This document shows positions 39,841-51,909 of a DNA stretch of 64,000 nt, piece after piece; positions within the stretch are counted from its first letter, which is position 1; every line of letters starts with the position of its first letter. This DNA is from Octopus vulgaris. Lineage: Eukaryota. The stretch covers positions 51,274,001-51,338,000 of the forward strand of contig OX597832.1 of NCBI GenBank assembly GCA_951406725.2, in the 5' to 3' direction. The translations under genes and the position numbers were made by a program. The notes under the pieces were generated by a model. That model did no database searches, had not been told where the DNA came from, and saw only the letters and a program-made list of their open reading frames with translations.

Positions 39841-40585
39841 ATTATTATTATTATTATTATTAATAAGGCGGTGAGCTGGCAGAATCATTAGCATCTGACT
39901 TCATGTTCTGAGTTCAGATTCTGCTGAGGTTGACTTTGCCCTTCATCCTTTCGGGGTCGACGAAATAAGTTAATAAAAAAGGAGCTCTCCGTCAGTTGCG
40001 ATGACGAGGGTCCCAGCTGATACGATCAACGGAACAGCTTGCTCGTGAAATTAACGTGCAAGTGGCTGAGCTCTCCACAGACACGTGTACCCTTAACATA
40101 GTTCTCAGAAAGATTCAGCGTGACACAAAGTGTGACAAGGCTGGCCCTTTGAAATACAGGTACTACTCACTTTTGCCAGCTGAATGGACTGGAGCAACAT
40201 GAAATAAAGTGTCTTGCTCAAGGACTCAACGTGCCACCGGGAATTGAACTTGTGACCTTATGACCATGAGCCGAATACCCCTAACCACTAAGCCACATGC
40301 CTGCCAAAATAAGTACTAGTTGAGCACTGGTGTCGATGTAATCGACTTAGTCCTCCTAACAAATTTCAGGCTTTGTGCCTATAGTAGAAAGGATTATTAT
40401 TATATTAGCTTTCTCCAGGCTTTCGTCAGTTGGGTGAGATTTCTTGAGGCAGCATTATTCTATGCCAAGATGCCATGTCCAACCACTAGGCTGTGGAGAT
40501 GTGTTGTTTATGCGGGACTAAATGTCTCAGCTGCTCAAGTTGTGTCAATGTAAACACACAGGGAGACGTGCACAAATACACATGT

Positions 40586-40641
<56 letters not shown>

Positions 40642-42429
40642 TATGAGACACATATATTTAGTCAAATACATCTGTCTGCACAAGTAAAAATTATACAGGT
40701 ATAAGCTTACACCTTGTTGAATATACAGGTACCAGCTTACACTGATTGCAGATGGTATTCATTTGCATGGTGACTATCTCACAAAAAATTTAAAACATTT
40801 TATTTTTTGAGATATATTTGTCCAATTTGGGTCAGTTTGTTTTCATGACATGTTTTTTTGATCTCACTCATTTGACATCTGCTTTCCATGCTGGCATGGG
40901 TTGGACAGTTTGACTGAAAACTGGTAAACTTGGGAGCTGCACCAGGTTCCAATCTGATTTAGCATAGTTTATACAGCTGGATCTTCTTCCTAATGCCAAT
41001 CACTCCAAGAGTGTAGCAGGTGCTTTGTACATGCCACCAGCATGGGTACCAGTTATGAAATACTGGCATTAGCCATGACTATGATCTCGGTTGGCTTCAC
41101 AGATCTTAAGCATGATATAATGCCAAAGGTCTCGGCCTCTTGTCACTGCTTCCGCGAGGCCCGAAGTTTGAATTGTACTTTTTACATGCCATCAACACAG
41201 GTGCCAATTATGTGATACTGACATTGGCCACGGCTATGATTTCACTTGGCTTGATAGTTCTTCTCAAGCACAGCATATCATACATATATTTATCTCAGAT
41301 GGGAGCAGGTATGGCGATGTGGTTAAGAAAATTGTTTTGAAATAACAAGGTCTTAGGTTCAATCTCACTAACATTTATGACGAGTGTTGTTTCTCATAAC
41401 CTCATGTTGCCTTGACTTTTGAGAGTGGAATTGAGTGGATGGAAACCACATGGAAGCCTGTTAGATGCTTCAAAGATAGCTAGATGAAAAATCCTTCAAT
41501 ATCATCCTCTCCCTTACTTTTCTCTGTACCACTTTATCATGCTAGTCCAACATGGTTCAGTGCTTGGTCCATTACTCTTTTTAGTTTTGATATATGATCT
41601 GAAGTGTATTCATGAAAATGAGCTCAGTCTCTACCCAAATGACTCCCCCCCACTCCCAAAATGTTCCAAACACCAGCTTAATAATGACTAAATGTTATTT
41701 TACTATATTCTTCATTATTAATTCATTATTTAATTATTAATTGAATCAAGGGCAGTGTTTTTCAATAGAAATAAAGTAACAAAATATATAAAAGACATTT
41801 ATGCAGTTTTTATGTATAGTCAGCGAAAGCACATGGTTCAGTGGTTAGAGTGTCAGGATCACAATCATGACGTAGTGAGGTCGATTCCTGGACCGGGCTA
41901 TGTGTTGTGTTCTTGAGCAAGACGTTTCATTTCATGTTACTCCAGTTCACTCATCTGTAGAAATGAGTAGCAACGTCACTGGTGCCAAACTGTATCAGCA
42001 TTTACTTTTCCCTTGGACAACATCGGTGGCACAAATATAATTGCCTGGAGAAGAAAATGCTGCAATTAGGTTAAACAGAAATCTTGTAAGAAGAATAGCC
42101 AGGAAGAGAGACCTGAAAGTGACATTTGAGCCAGTGACATAAAACTTTTTGTTTTGTGAAGGAAAAACTGAATGAATTAATGCTTGCATTGTATTTTGGG
42201 AATTCTAACCTGTCCGCATAAAAGTAATTTGATATTCTGAGTGTAATCAATAACAACAAAGCTGTATCAGCAGAATGTATTTTCCTAGCTTGCTAATTGA
42301 ATAACGTAGACGTAGCTAGTGAACATGATCTGGACTTTATTGTCAATAGTGATTTGTATCAGACAAACCACATTTCAGAAATATTGAATTTCTAAATGTC
42401 TCACTGAGATATGTATGGTGGTGGAGCGA

Positions 42430-42882
42430 TAGAGTGGTTGTATACTGTCAACTTAACGTGACAGTCCTGTAAGGGAATTACACCACCACTGTTTAGCCCT
42501 AGGAAGCATCGACGCTTCCTGTCGGCCTTGACACATTTCCTGTGACCTTATATATTTAGAAATTTGATATTTCTGATTTTGGTGATCAGTGAATAAACTT
42601 CACTGAAAATATACATATATATATTTACGAAGTCTAGACAAATATCTTCAGCTAGCAGGCCTTGCTACTCTAGACTGATGATGGGCGAAGACCCAGAAAT
42701 ATGCATTTCCCTAGATGCAGGCCTAGCTGTTGGGAGTGCTTGTCTCCCCTTCGTAAATATATAAGGACACAGGAAATGTGTCAAGGCCGACAAGAAACGT
42801 CGATGCTTGCTAGGGTTAAACAGCGGTGGTGTAATTCCCTTACAGGACTGTCACATTAAGTTGACAGTATACAACCACTCTA
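42430..42882. mobile_element. Fold-back element with ~129-bp inverted arms and a central hammerhead motif; duplicate at ~44477-44929
   Basis: TAGAGTGGTTGTATACTGTCAACTTAA... (42430-42558) is the reverse complement of 42754-42882. Confidence 0.85.
42669..42715 (+). ncRNA. Type I hammerhead motif; duplicate at 44716-44762
   Basis: tctaga-CTGATGA-TGGG.CGAAGA.CCCA-GAAA-TATGCATT-T-C-cctaga. Perfect core, near-palindromic stem III, and stem I extendable via cagcta/tagctg and ggcct/aggcc. Confidence 0.7.
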
Positions 42883-45800
42883 AACCACATTTCAAAAATC
42901 ATCAAGAAGGCTGAGGGTATCTCAGTATCACTCAGTAAGATCCTTGTCATTTATTCTCAACAGGGTAAAAAGACATTCATAAAACTTCTACTTATAATTA
43001 CTTGTCCTGTTCAATGTCTCTTCCATTAACAAACTCCCTACTGGCTATTACACCCTCTTTGTACTAAATCTTAGTACAGCATGACTTTCTGCAAAGATCT
43101 AGCTACCCTGCAGAGATCATTAGCTAAAGACATCTGGCAATGTTACACAGTTCTAATTCTCTTCTCACACACTATAGTGACCATTTGTCTATTCTATCCG
43201 CCATTTTTGCCGAACTAAGCTATGGGGGGAAACACATGGCCTAGTGGTTAGAGCAGTGGATTCGCAGTCGAGGGATCGTGGGTTTGAATCTCAGTCTATT
43301 GCTAGCTGCTTTATAACAGTATCCCCTATGCCTGTTCAAGTGACAGGCAGAATGATGGTTTTTTACAAAGTAGATAATTGACTATATGTAAAGGGTAAAG
43401 GATAAAGACCCCCTTTGGTCATGAATGACCATGGGTTGCACCTAGAAAGTTACCCTCTGAGGTACAAGTCCAGGCAAGGTTGCTTATGGAAGACCAGCAT
43501 GCCACCAATGTTATCCAAGGGAATAGTAAATGCTGATAGTTTGGCACCAGTGACGTTGCTACTCATTTCTACAGATGAGTGAACTGGAGTAACATGAAAT
43601 GAAACGTCTTTCTCAAGAACACAACACATAGCCCAGTCCAGGAATCGACCTCACTACGTCATGATTGTGATCCTGACACTCTAACCACTGAGCCATGTGC
43701 TTTCGCTGACTATACATAAAAACTGCATAAATGTCTTTTATCCCTTTTGTTACTTTATTTCTATTGAAAAACACTGCCCTTGATTCAATTAATAATTAAA
43801 TAATGAATTAATAATTAATAATGAAGAATATAGTAAAATAACATTTAGTCATTATTAAGCTGGTGTTTGGAACATTAATTTTGATGTAGACCCAGGAGTA
43901 GCTGTGTGGAAAGATGTGTAGTGAGGTCGATTCCTGGACCGGGCTATGTGTTGTGTTCTTGAGCAAGACGTTTCATTTCATGTTACTCCAGTTCACTCAT
44001 CTGTAGAAATGAGAAGCAACGTCACTGGTGCCAAACTGTATCAGCATTTACTTTTCCCTTGGACAACATCGGTGGCACAAATATAATTGCCTGGAGAAGA
44101 AAATGCTGCAATTAGGTTAAACAGAAATCTTGTAAGAAGAATAGCCAGGAAGAGAGACCTGAAAGTGACATTTGAGCCAGTGACATAAAACTTTTTGTTT
44201 TTGTGAAGGAAAAACTGAATGAATTAATGCTTGCATTGTATTTTGGGAATTCTAACCTGTCCGCATAAAAGTAATTTGATATTCTGAGTGTAATCAATAA
44301 CAACAAAGCTGTATCAGCAGAATGTATTTTCCTAGCTTGCTAATTGAATAACGTAGACGTAGCTAGTGAACATGATCTGGACTTTATTGTCAATAGTGAT
44401 TTGTATCAGACAAACCACATTTCAGAAATATTGAATTTCTAAATGTCTCACTGAGATATGTATGGTGGTGGAGCGATAGAGTGGTTGTATACTGTCAACT
44501 TAACGTGACAGTCCTGTAAGGGAATTACACCACCACTGTTTAGCCCTAGGAAGCATCGACGCTTCCTGTCGGCCTTGACACATTTCCTGTGACCTTATAT
44601 ATTTAGAAATTTGATATTTCTGATTTTGGTGATCAGTGAATAAACTTCACTGAAAATATACATATATATATTTACGAAGTCTAGACAAATATCTTCAGCT
44701 AGCAGGCCTTGCTACTCTAGACTGATGATGGGCGAAGACCCAGAAATATGCATTTCCCTAGATGCAGGCCTAGCTGTTGGGAGTGCTTGTCTCCCCTTCG
44801 TAAATATATAAGGACACAGGAAATGTGTCAAGGCCGACAAGAAACGTCGATGCTTGCTAGGGTTAAACAGCGGTGGTGTAATTCCCTTACAGGACTGTCA
44901 CATTAAGTTGACAGTATACAACCACTCTAAACCACATTTCAAAAATCATCAAGAAGGCTGAGGGTATCTCAGTATCACTCAGTAAGATCTTTGTCATTTA
45001 TTCTCAACAGGGTAAAAAGACATTCATAAAACTTCTACTTATAATTACTTATAAGTAGAAGTTTTATGAATGTCACGTGGTGGTGTAATTCCCTTACTTG
45101 TCCTGTTCAATGTCTCTTCCATTAACAAACTCCCTACTGGCTATTACACCTTCTTTGTACTAAATCTTAGTACAGCATGACTTTCTGCAAAGATCTAGCT
45201 ACCCTGCAGAGATCATTAGCTAAAGACATCTGGCAATGTTACACAGTTCTAATTCTCTTCTCACACACTATAGTGACCATTTGTCTATTCTATCCGCCAT
45301 TTTTGCCGAACTAAGCTATGGGGGGAAACACATGGCCTAGTGGTTAGAGCAGTGGATTCGCAGTCGAGGGATCGTGGGTTTGAATCTCAGTCTATTGCTA
45401 GCTGCTTTATAACAGTATCCCCTATGCCTGTTCAAGTGACAGGCAGAATGATGGTTTTTTACAAAGTAGATAATTGACTATATGTAAAGGGTAAAGGATA
45501 AAGACCCCCTTTGGTCATGAATGACCATGGGTTGCACCTAGAAAGTTACCCTCTGAGGTACAAGTCCAGGCAAGGTTGCTTATGGAAGACCAGCATGCCA
45601 CCAATGTTATCCAAGGGAATAGTAAATGCTGATACAGTTTGGCACCAGTGACGTTGCTACTCATTTCTACAGATGAGTGAACTGGAGTAACATGAAATGA
45701 AACGTCTTTCTCAAGAACACAACACATAGCCCAGTCCAGGAATCGACCTCACTACGTCATGATTGTGATCCTGACACTCTAACCACTGAACCATGTGCTT

Positions 45801-47580
45801 TCGCTGACTATACATAAAAACTGCATAAATGTCTTTTATCCCTTTTGTTACTTTATTTCTATTGAAAAACACTGCCCTTGATTCAATTAATAATTAAATA
45901 ATGAATTAATAATTAATAATGAAGAATATAGTAAAATAACATTTAGTCATTATTAAGCTGGTGTTTGGAACATTAATTTTGATGTAGACCCAGGAGTAGC
46001 TGTGTGGAAAGATGTTTGCTTCTCAACCAAATGGTTCCAGGTTCAGTCCCACTGTTTGGTACCTTGGGCAAATGTCTTCTACTATATATTTCTTTATTGC
46101 CCACAAGGGGCTAAACATAGAGGGGACAAACAATGACAGACAAAGGGATTAAGTCGATTACATCGACCCCGTGCGAAACTGGTACTTTTTTTATCGACTT
46201 CGAAAGGATGAAAGCCAAAGTCGACCTCGGCGGAATTTGAACTCAGAACGTAACGGCAGATGAAATACTGCTAAGCATTTCGATCGGCGCGCTAACGTGT
46301 CTGCCAGCTCGCCACCCTATGTCTCCTACTATAGCTTTAGGTCGACTGAAGCCTTGTGAGTGGATTTCATAGATGGAAACTGAAGGAAGCCTATCATATA
46401 TGTATATGTATATCTATGTGTGTGTGTCTTTGTATCTGCGTTTGTCCCATCCCACCCCCATCACCACTTGACGACCAGTTTCGGTGTGTTTACATCCCCA
46501 TAACTTGTTTGTTCCTTCTTGAGCCATGCCTGGCTCATAGGGCCGGTTTCCTTGGTGTATAGGTTCCCCACCTGGATGCGATGCTGGTCTGTCACTGGTT
46601 AGCTACAAGATGCAGGAGGAAAGAGTGAAAGTTGTGGCGAAAGAGTCAGCAGAAGTTCACCATTACCTTCTTCCAGAGCCACGTGGAGCTTAGGCGTTTC
46701 GCTCATAAACACACACATCGCCCGGTCTGAGATTCAAACCCACGATCCCTCGACTGCGAATCCACTGCTCTAACCACTAGGCCATGTGCCTCCACCCATG
46801 GCTTAGTTTTGCAAAAATGACAGATAGAATAAGTACCAGGCTTAAAAAATAAGTATTGGGGTCAATTTCTTCAACTAAAAACCATTTAAGGCGGTGCCCC
46901 AGCATGGCTGCTGTCAAATGACCTAAACAAGTAAAAGATAAGAGCTAGTTTTAGTTTAGATCACTTTGAAACAGGAAGCTTTATACCATTGAACCAGAGA
47001 TGGTTTCTAACAAGTATGGTATCAGAAGGGCTGAAAATGTTGAAATTCTCACAAATGCATTTTCACTTTGCATACTCTTTACTCTTTACTCTTTTACTTG
47101 TTTCAGTCATTTGACTGCGGCCATGCTGGAGCACCGCCTTTAGTCGAGCAAATCGACCCCGGGACTTATTCTTTGTAATCCCAGTACTTATTCTATCAGT
47201 CTCTTTTGCCGAACCGCTAAGTGACGGGGACGTAAACACACCAGCATCGGTTGTCAAGCAATGCTAGGGGGACAAACACACACAAACACACACACACATA
47301 CATATATATATACATATATACAACAGGCTTCTTTCAGTTTCCGTCTACCAAATCCACTCACAAGGCATTGGTCGGCCCGGGGCTATAGCAGGAGACACTT
47401 GCCCAAGATGCCATGCAGTGGGACTGAACCTGGAACCATGTGGTTGTTTAGCAAGCTACTTACCACACAGCCACTCCTGCGCCTTACGATCATGATGCTG
47501 ACACCCTAACCACTAAGCCACGTGCCTCCACACCGCATCCATGAGAAATATTTTTATCTTTTTCTTCTTTTGTTTTCCAG

Positions 47581-47708
47581 GTACCAGACAGATTTACGTA
47601 CGAGAACCTTATCGCGAGCGTTATACCGGCTGTGACGTTGCAATGGGTGTGGCTACCGGTGCTCTAGTCGGGTCGATGCTATGGTCACCGTTTTTGTGGT
47701 GGTGGTAA
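47581..47708 (+). CDS. PLEKHB2: Evectin/PLEKHB-like, last coding exon (GTRQIYVREPYRERY...GVATGALVGSMLWSPFLWWW*)
   Basis: Strong polypyrimidine tract ending ttttccag|GT, then TAA at 47706-47708. Gly-rich hydrophobic tail as in evectins. Spliced CDS is 43+146+110+203+128 = 630 nt, i.e. 209 aa plus stop. Confidence 0.92.
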
Positions 47709-48232
47709 ACATCATTATGAATGACCCCGTTAAGATTTTGCCCTGCATTATTCCACCTTTTCTTGTTTTGTTTCCCCTCATTTAAATAATTAAAATGTAG
47801 ATCATTAAATGAGTTCATAGATATTTAAACACAAGCATGATGGTTCTGGTCATTTTGTTACATACTGAATATGATAAAATTACATTTGATCTTACTGTAA
47901 GATCATTTGACTATATAACAGATACATTCTCAATGCATTCAAATTGCTTTGATTTATTTGTTCTTTTGTTTATCTCTTAGTAGGGGGGTATCTTTATCTG
48001 ACTATGGACATTGGGCATGGATCCAGATCCGGTCTCCACTGTCCATTGTACAACACTTTGGTCTTGGTTAAATAGTGCCTCTTAAAATTTGGTAGAAGAA
48101 AACCATGCAGAAAATATTCACATGTACACACACGCACACATATAAATGATAAAGGAACAGGAATTAGTAAGTTCAACATTACATAATCATCTGTTACTTT
48201 GTCACTTTTATCAATTTCATATTGTTTTGTGT

Positions 48233-48495
48233 GGAGGCGCGTGGCTTAGTGGTTAGGGTGTCAGCACCATGATCGTAAGATTGTGGTTTCGATTCCTGGA
48301 CCGGGTGACGCGTTGTGTTCTTGAGCAAAACACTTCATTTCACGTTGCTCCAATCTACTCAGCTGGCAAAAATGAGTAACGCTGCGATGGACTGGCGTCC
48401 CGTCCAGCTGGGGAACACATACGCCATAGAAACCGTGAAACCGGGCCCATGAGCCTGACTAGACTTTAAAAGGGTGCATTTATTTTTATTTTTAT
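48233..48495 (+). mobile_element. tRNA-head CORE + Meta-like SINE in the probable 3' UTR
   Basis: A/B boxes, GTGTTCTTGAGCAAAACACTT and CTGCGATGGACTGGCGTCCCGTCCAG. Confidence 0.75.
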
Positions 48496-49530
48496 TATGC
48501 TTTGTACCCAACTAATGTTTCATTCTAAAGAATATATATATTGAATTTAAACACCATGTCATCAGTATTGCTGTATACCTAAGCAAAACATTGATACACA
48601 CACACACATGCATGCACATACCACATATGCATTCAGTTATAGATTACAAGATTAAATTTCAGAAGCTGTTATTTCAAATTTCATATTACTGAATTTCAGA
48701 AATGTGAAACTTGCAGTAGAGGTTAGTGAAATTTTAAATAAGATAAAACTCTACAATATGCACAGAGCAGTCTTCCCCCCCTCCTTGGTCACATAGTATT
48801 TTTCTTTCTTTTCTTTCTTTCATATATACATGCATGTGTGTGTGTATGTGCATCAGTGTGTGTGTGTGTGTTTATATCAGGTGGACAAAATCTAATATAT
48901 TTAAACAGAAATACTTTGTGGTATATATGTGTGTGACGTAGCTATCTCCCCTTAACTGTTTTGTTCACTTTCTGTTTTTTTTTTAATTTTTTATATATAT
49001 ATATATTATATAATTGACCATACAAATGCCAAATTAAGTATGTACTTGGCTTGCTATAATTGACTAAAAGCTGTGAAGACAGCGATATGATGTGGCTGCA
49101 GTCTTGTGTCTAAAATCACTGGAACAATAAGAGTCCTATTTAAATGCCTGTAATATACTCTGGATTTAAGAGAAGAGATAGAAGCCACAGCAACACAGAA
49201 TAAATATTTGGAAAAAGATATTAAAAAAAAGACTGATAAATATATTTCTAACAAACCCAAGTGTTTATATGTCTTCCTTCCCCTGCCATACACATTCACC
49301 ATGTACCTAGTAAAAATTTGTTCTCAATAAGAATATGCAAAATTACCAGCTGCTTTCATACGCCTGTTTTTGTACCCCGTAGTTTTGAGTTCAAATCTTG
49401 CTGGGACTGACTTTACTCTCATCTTTTCCCGTTCTTGATTGATAAATAAATTACAGTTAATGGATTGAGGTTGGTTCAATCAGCTGTGCCTTTCTTCTTG
49501 CAGAGAAATACTCTTCTTGTATATAAAAAA

Positions 49531-49536
49531 AATAAA
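49531..49536 (+). terminator. Candidate polyadenylation signal of the evectin 3' UTR
   Basis: AATAAA followed by T/GT-rich sequence at the end of a mostly unique AT-rich stretch. Other AATAAA copies lie near 49199 and 49445. Confidence 0.3.
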
Positions 49537-49957
49537 ATGTGATTTTTCTAACTCTTTTGCACGTATTTTTTCAATTTTTTAATCAGAGTGGCTGTGTGGT
49601 AAGTAGCTTGCTTATGAACCACATGGTTCCGGGTTCAGTCCCACTGCATGGCACCTTGAGCAAGTGTCTTCTACTATAGCCTCGGGCCGACGAAAGCCTT
49701 GTGAGTGGATTTGGTAGACAGAAACTGAAAGAAGCCCGTCATATCATCATCATCATCATCGTCGTTTAACGTCCGTTCTCCATGCTAGCATGGGTTGGAC
49801 GGTTCGACCGGGGTTCTGGGAAGCCAGAAGGCTGCACCAGGCTCCAGTCTAATTTGGCAATGTTTCTACAGCTGGATGCCCTTCCTAACGCCAACCACTC
49901 CGTGAGTGTAGTGGGTGCTTTTTACGTGCCACCTGCACAGGTGCCAGGCGGGGCACC

Positions 49958-50004
<47 letters not shown>

Positions 50005-50736
50005 GTGTGTGTGTCTGTGTTTGTGTATATGTTTGTGTGTCTATGTTTGTCCTCCAACATCGCTTGACAACCGATACTGGTGTGTTTACGTCCCTGTAAC
50101 TTAGCGGTTCGGCAAAAGAGACCAATAGAATAAGTCTTGGGGTCGATTTGCTTGACTAAAGGCAGTGCTCCAGCATGGCTACAGTCAAATGACTGAAACA
50201 AGTAAAAGAGTAAAAGAATATTGTTCTGAGCTTAATTGCCCTTCTACCTTTGATTCAAGTTGATACCTTATGAGTGGAATTTGGTAAAATTATGCCGAAA
50301 CACCCATTCCATATGACTGTGTGTGTGTGTGTGTGCCATCTCCTCCTCCCTGGTCCATTATTATTTCCTTCACATCCTCCCTAAACTGATATTCACCATT
50401 GATCGTGCCCCCCTCCCTTGTCTGCCATTCATTGCATCATCTGTAACCTTACCTGTAACCATCTGTCACTCACTCAACTCTCTCACAAACTTACCTGCTC
50501 CTCTTTCCAAGTTATGATCACCATTTTTTGTATAACACTGGATGATGACAGCTGCAACAGTGGCATGTATGTATGTATGTATGTATGTACGTATACATAC
50601 ATACGTACATACATACATACATCATACATACATTCATTCATTCATTCATTCATTCATTCTATAATTATTACTTGAGGGAATATAAATCCAAAATTACAGG
50701 GAAAAAATTCAATTTAGAAATATTAAAACAAATTTC

Positions 50737-50778
<42 letters not shown>

Positions 50779-50932
50779 GAAAAAAAACACCTTTTATCAA
50801 TTCAAAATGAACAATTAAATTACACCATCTAGAAAATTACATATAATAGAAGTATTAAAATAACAATAAAATATCAATGATTAAGTAAATTGCAAAAAAA
50901 ATAATAAAAACGTATATAATTGGTAGAATAAC

Positions 50933-50974
<42 letters not shown>

Positions 50975-51688
50975 GGCACAGGTGTGGCTGTGTGGTAAGT
51001 AGCTTGTTTACCAACCACATGGTTCTGGGTTCAGTCCCACTGCGTGGCATCTTGGGCAAGTGTCTTCTGCTATAACCTTGGGCCGACAAAAGCCTTGTGA
51101 GTGGATTTGGTAGAAGGAAACTGAAAGAAGCCTGTCGTATGTATGTATGTGTGTGTATATATGTTTGGGTGTCTGTGTTTGTCCCCCTAGCATTGCTTGA
51201 CAACCGATGCTGGTGTGTTTACATCCCCGTCACTTAGCGGTTCGACAAAAGAGACCGATAGAATAAGTACTGGGCTTACAAAGAATAAGTCCCGGGGTCA
51301 ATTTGCTCGACTAAAAGGCGGTGCTCCAGCATGGCCGCAGTCAAATGACTGAAACAAGTAAAAAAAAAAAAATAAGGATCATCTTCATCACTCGTCAACA
51401 TTTAATGTCTGTTTTCCATGTTGGCATGGGTTGGCTGGGGCTTGACAAGAACTAGCAAGGCCAGGAACCACACCAGGTTCCGTACTCTGTTTTGGTTTGG
51501 TTTCTATGGCTGGATGCTCTTCCTTAATGCCAACCTCTTTACAGAGTATACTGAAGTGCTTTTTACATGGCACCAGCACCCACACCAATACTTTTTATGT
51601 GGAACCTTAGTTTTAGGGATCCAACATAAAACTGCAGCATATTTTTTTTCCGTTGCTTTTTCTGTTATTGGTATCATTCTCTAATTAA

Positions 51689-51909
51689 CCCTTTAGCTTT
51701 TAAACCGGCCATATCCGGCCAAAAGTATTCTACCTGTTTTATGTTCAAAATGGCCAGATCAGGTCTCTCACACCAACCCTACAATATCATTTGAAAACTT
51801 AACAGCTACCTCATCAAAATCTCATAGCTACAAGATAATGCCTGATTAGTTCAAAACAATGTGGATGAAAAAGCATTAATTTTGGTAGAATAATGCAAAC
51901 ACTAAAGGG
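51689..51909. mobile_element. piggyBac-type MITE, second family
   Basis: TTAA|CCCTTTAG ... CTAAAGGG|TTAA. Confidence 0.85.

Larger units (their letters stand above)
41872..46015 (+). repeat. Near-identical tandem duplication (41872-43917 and 43918-46015)
   Basis: Co-linear copies that differ by a few substitutions or small indels and a 49-nt insertion at 45051-45099. Confidence 0.95.
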
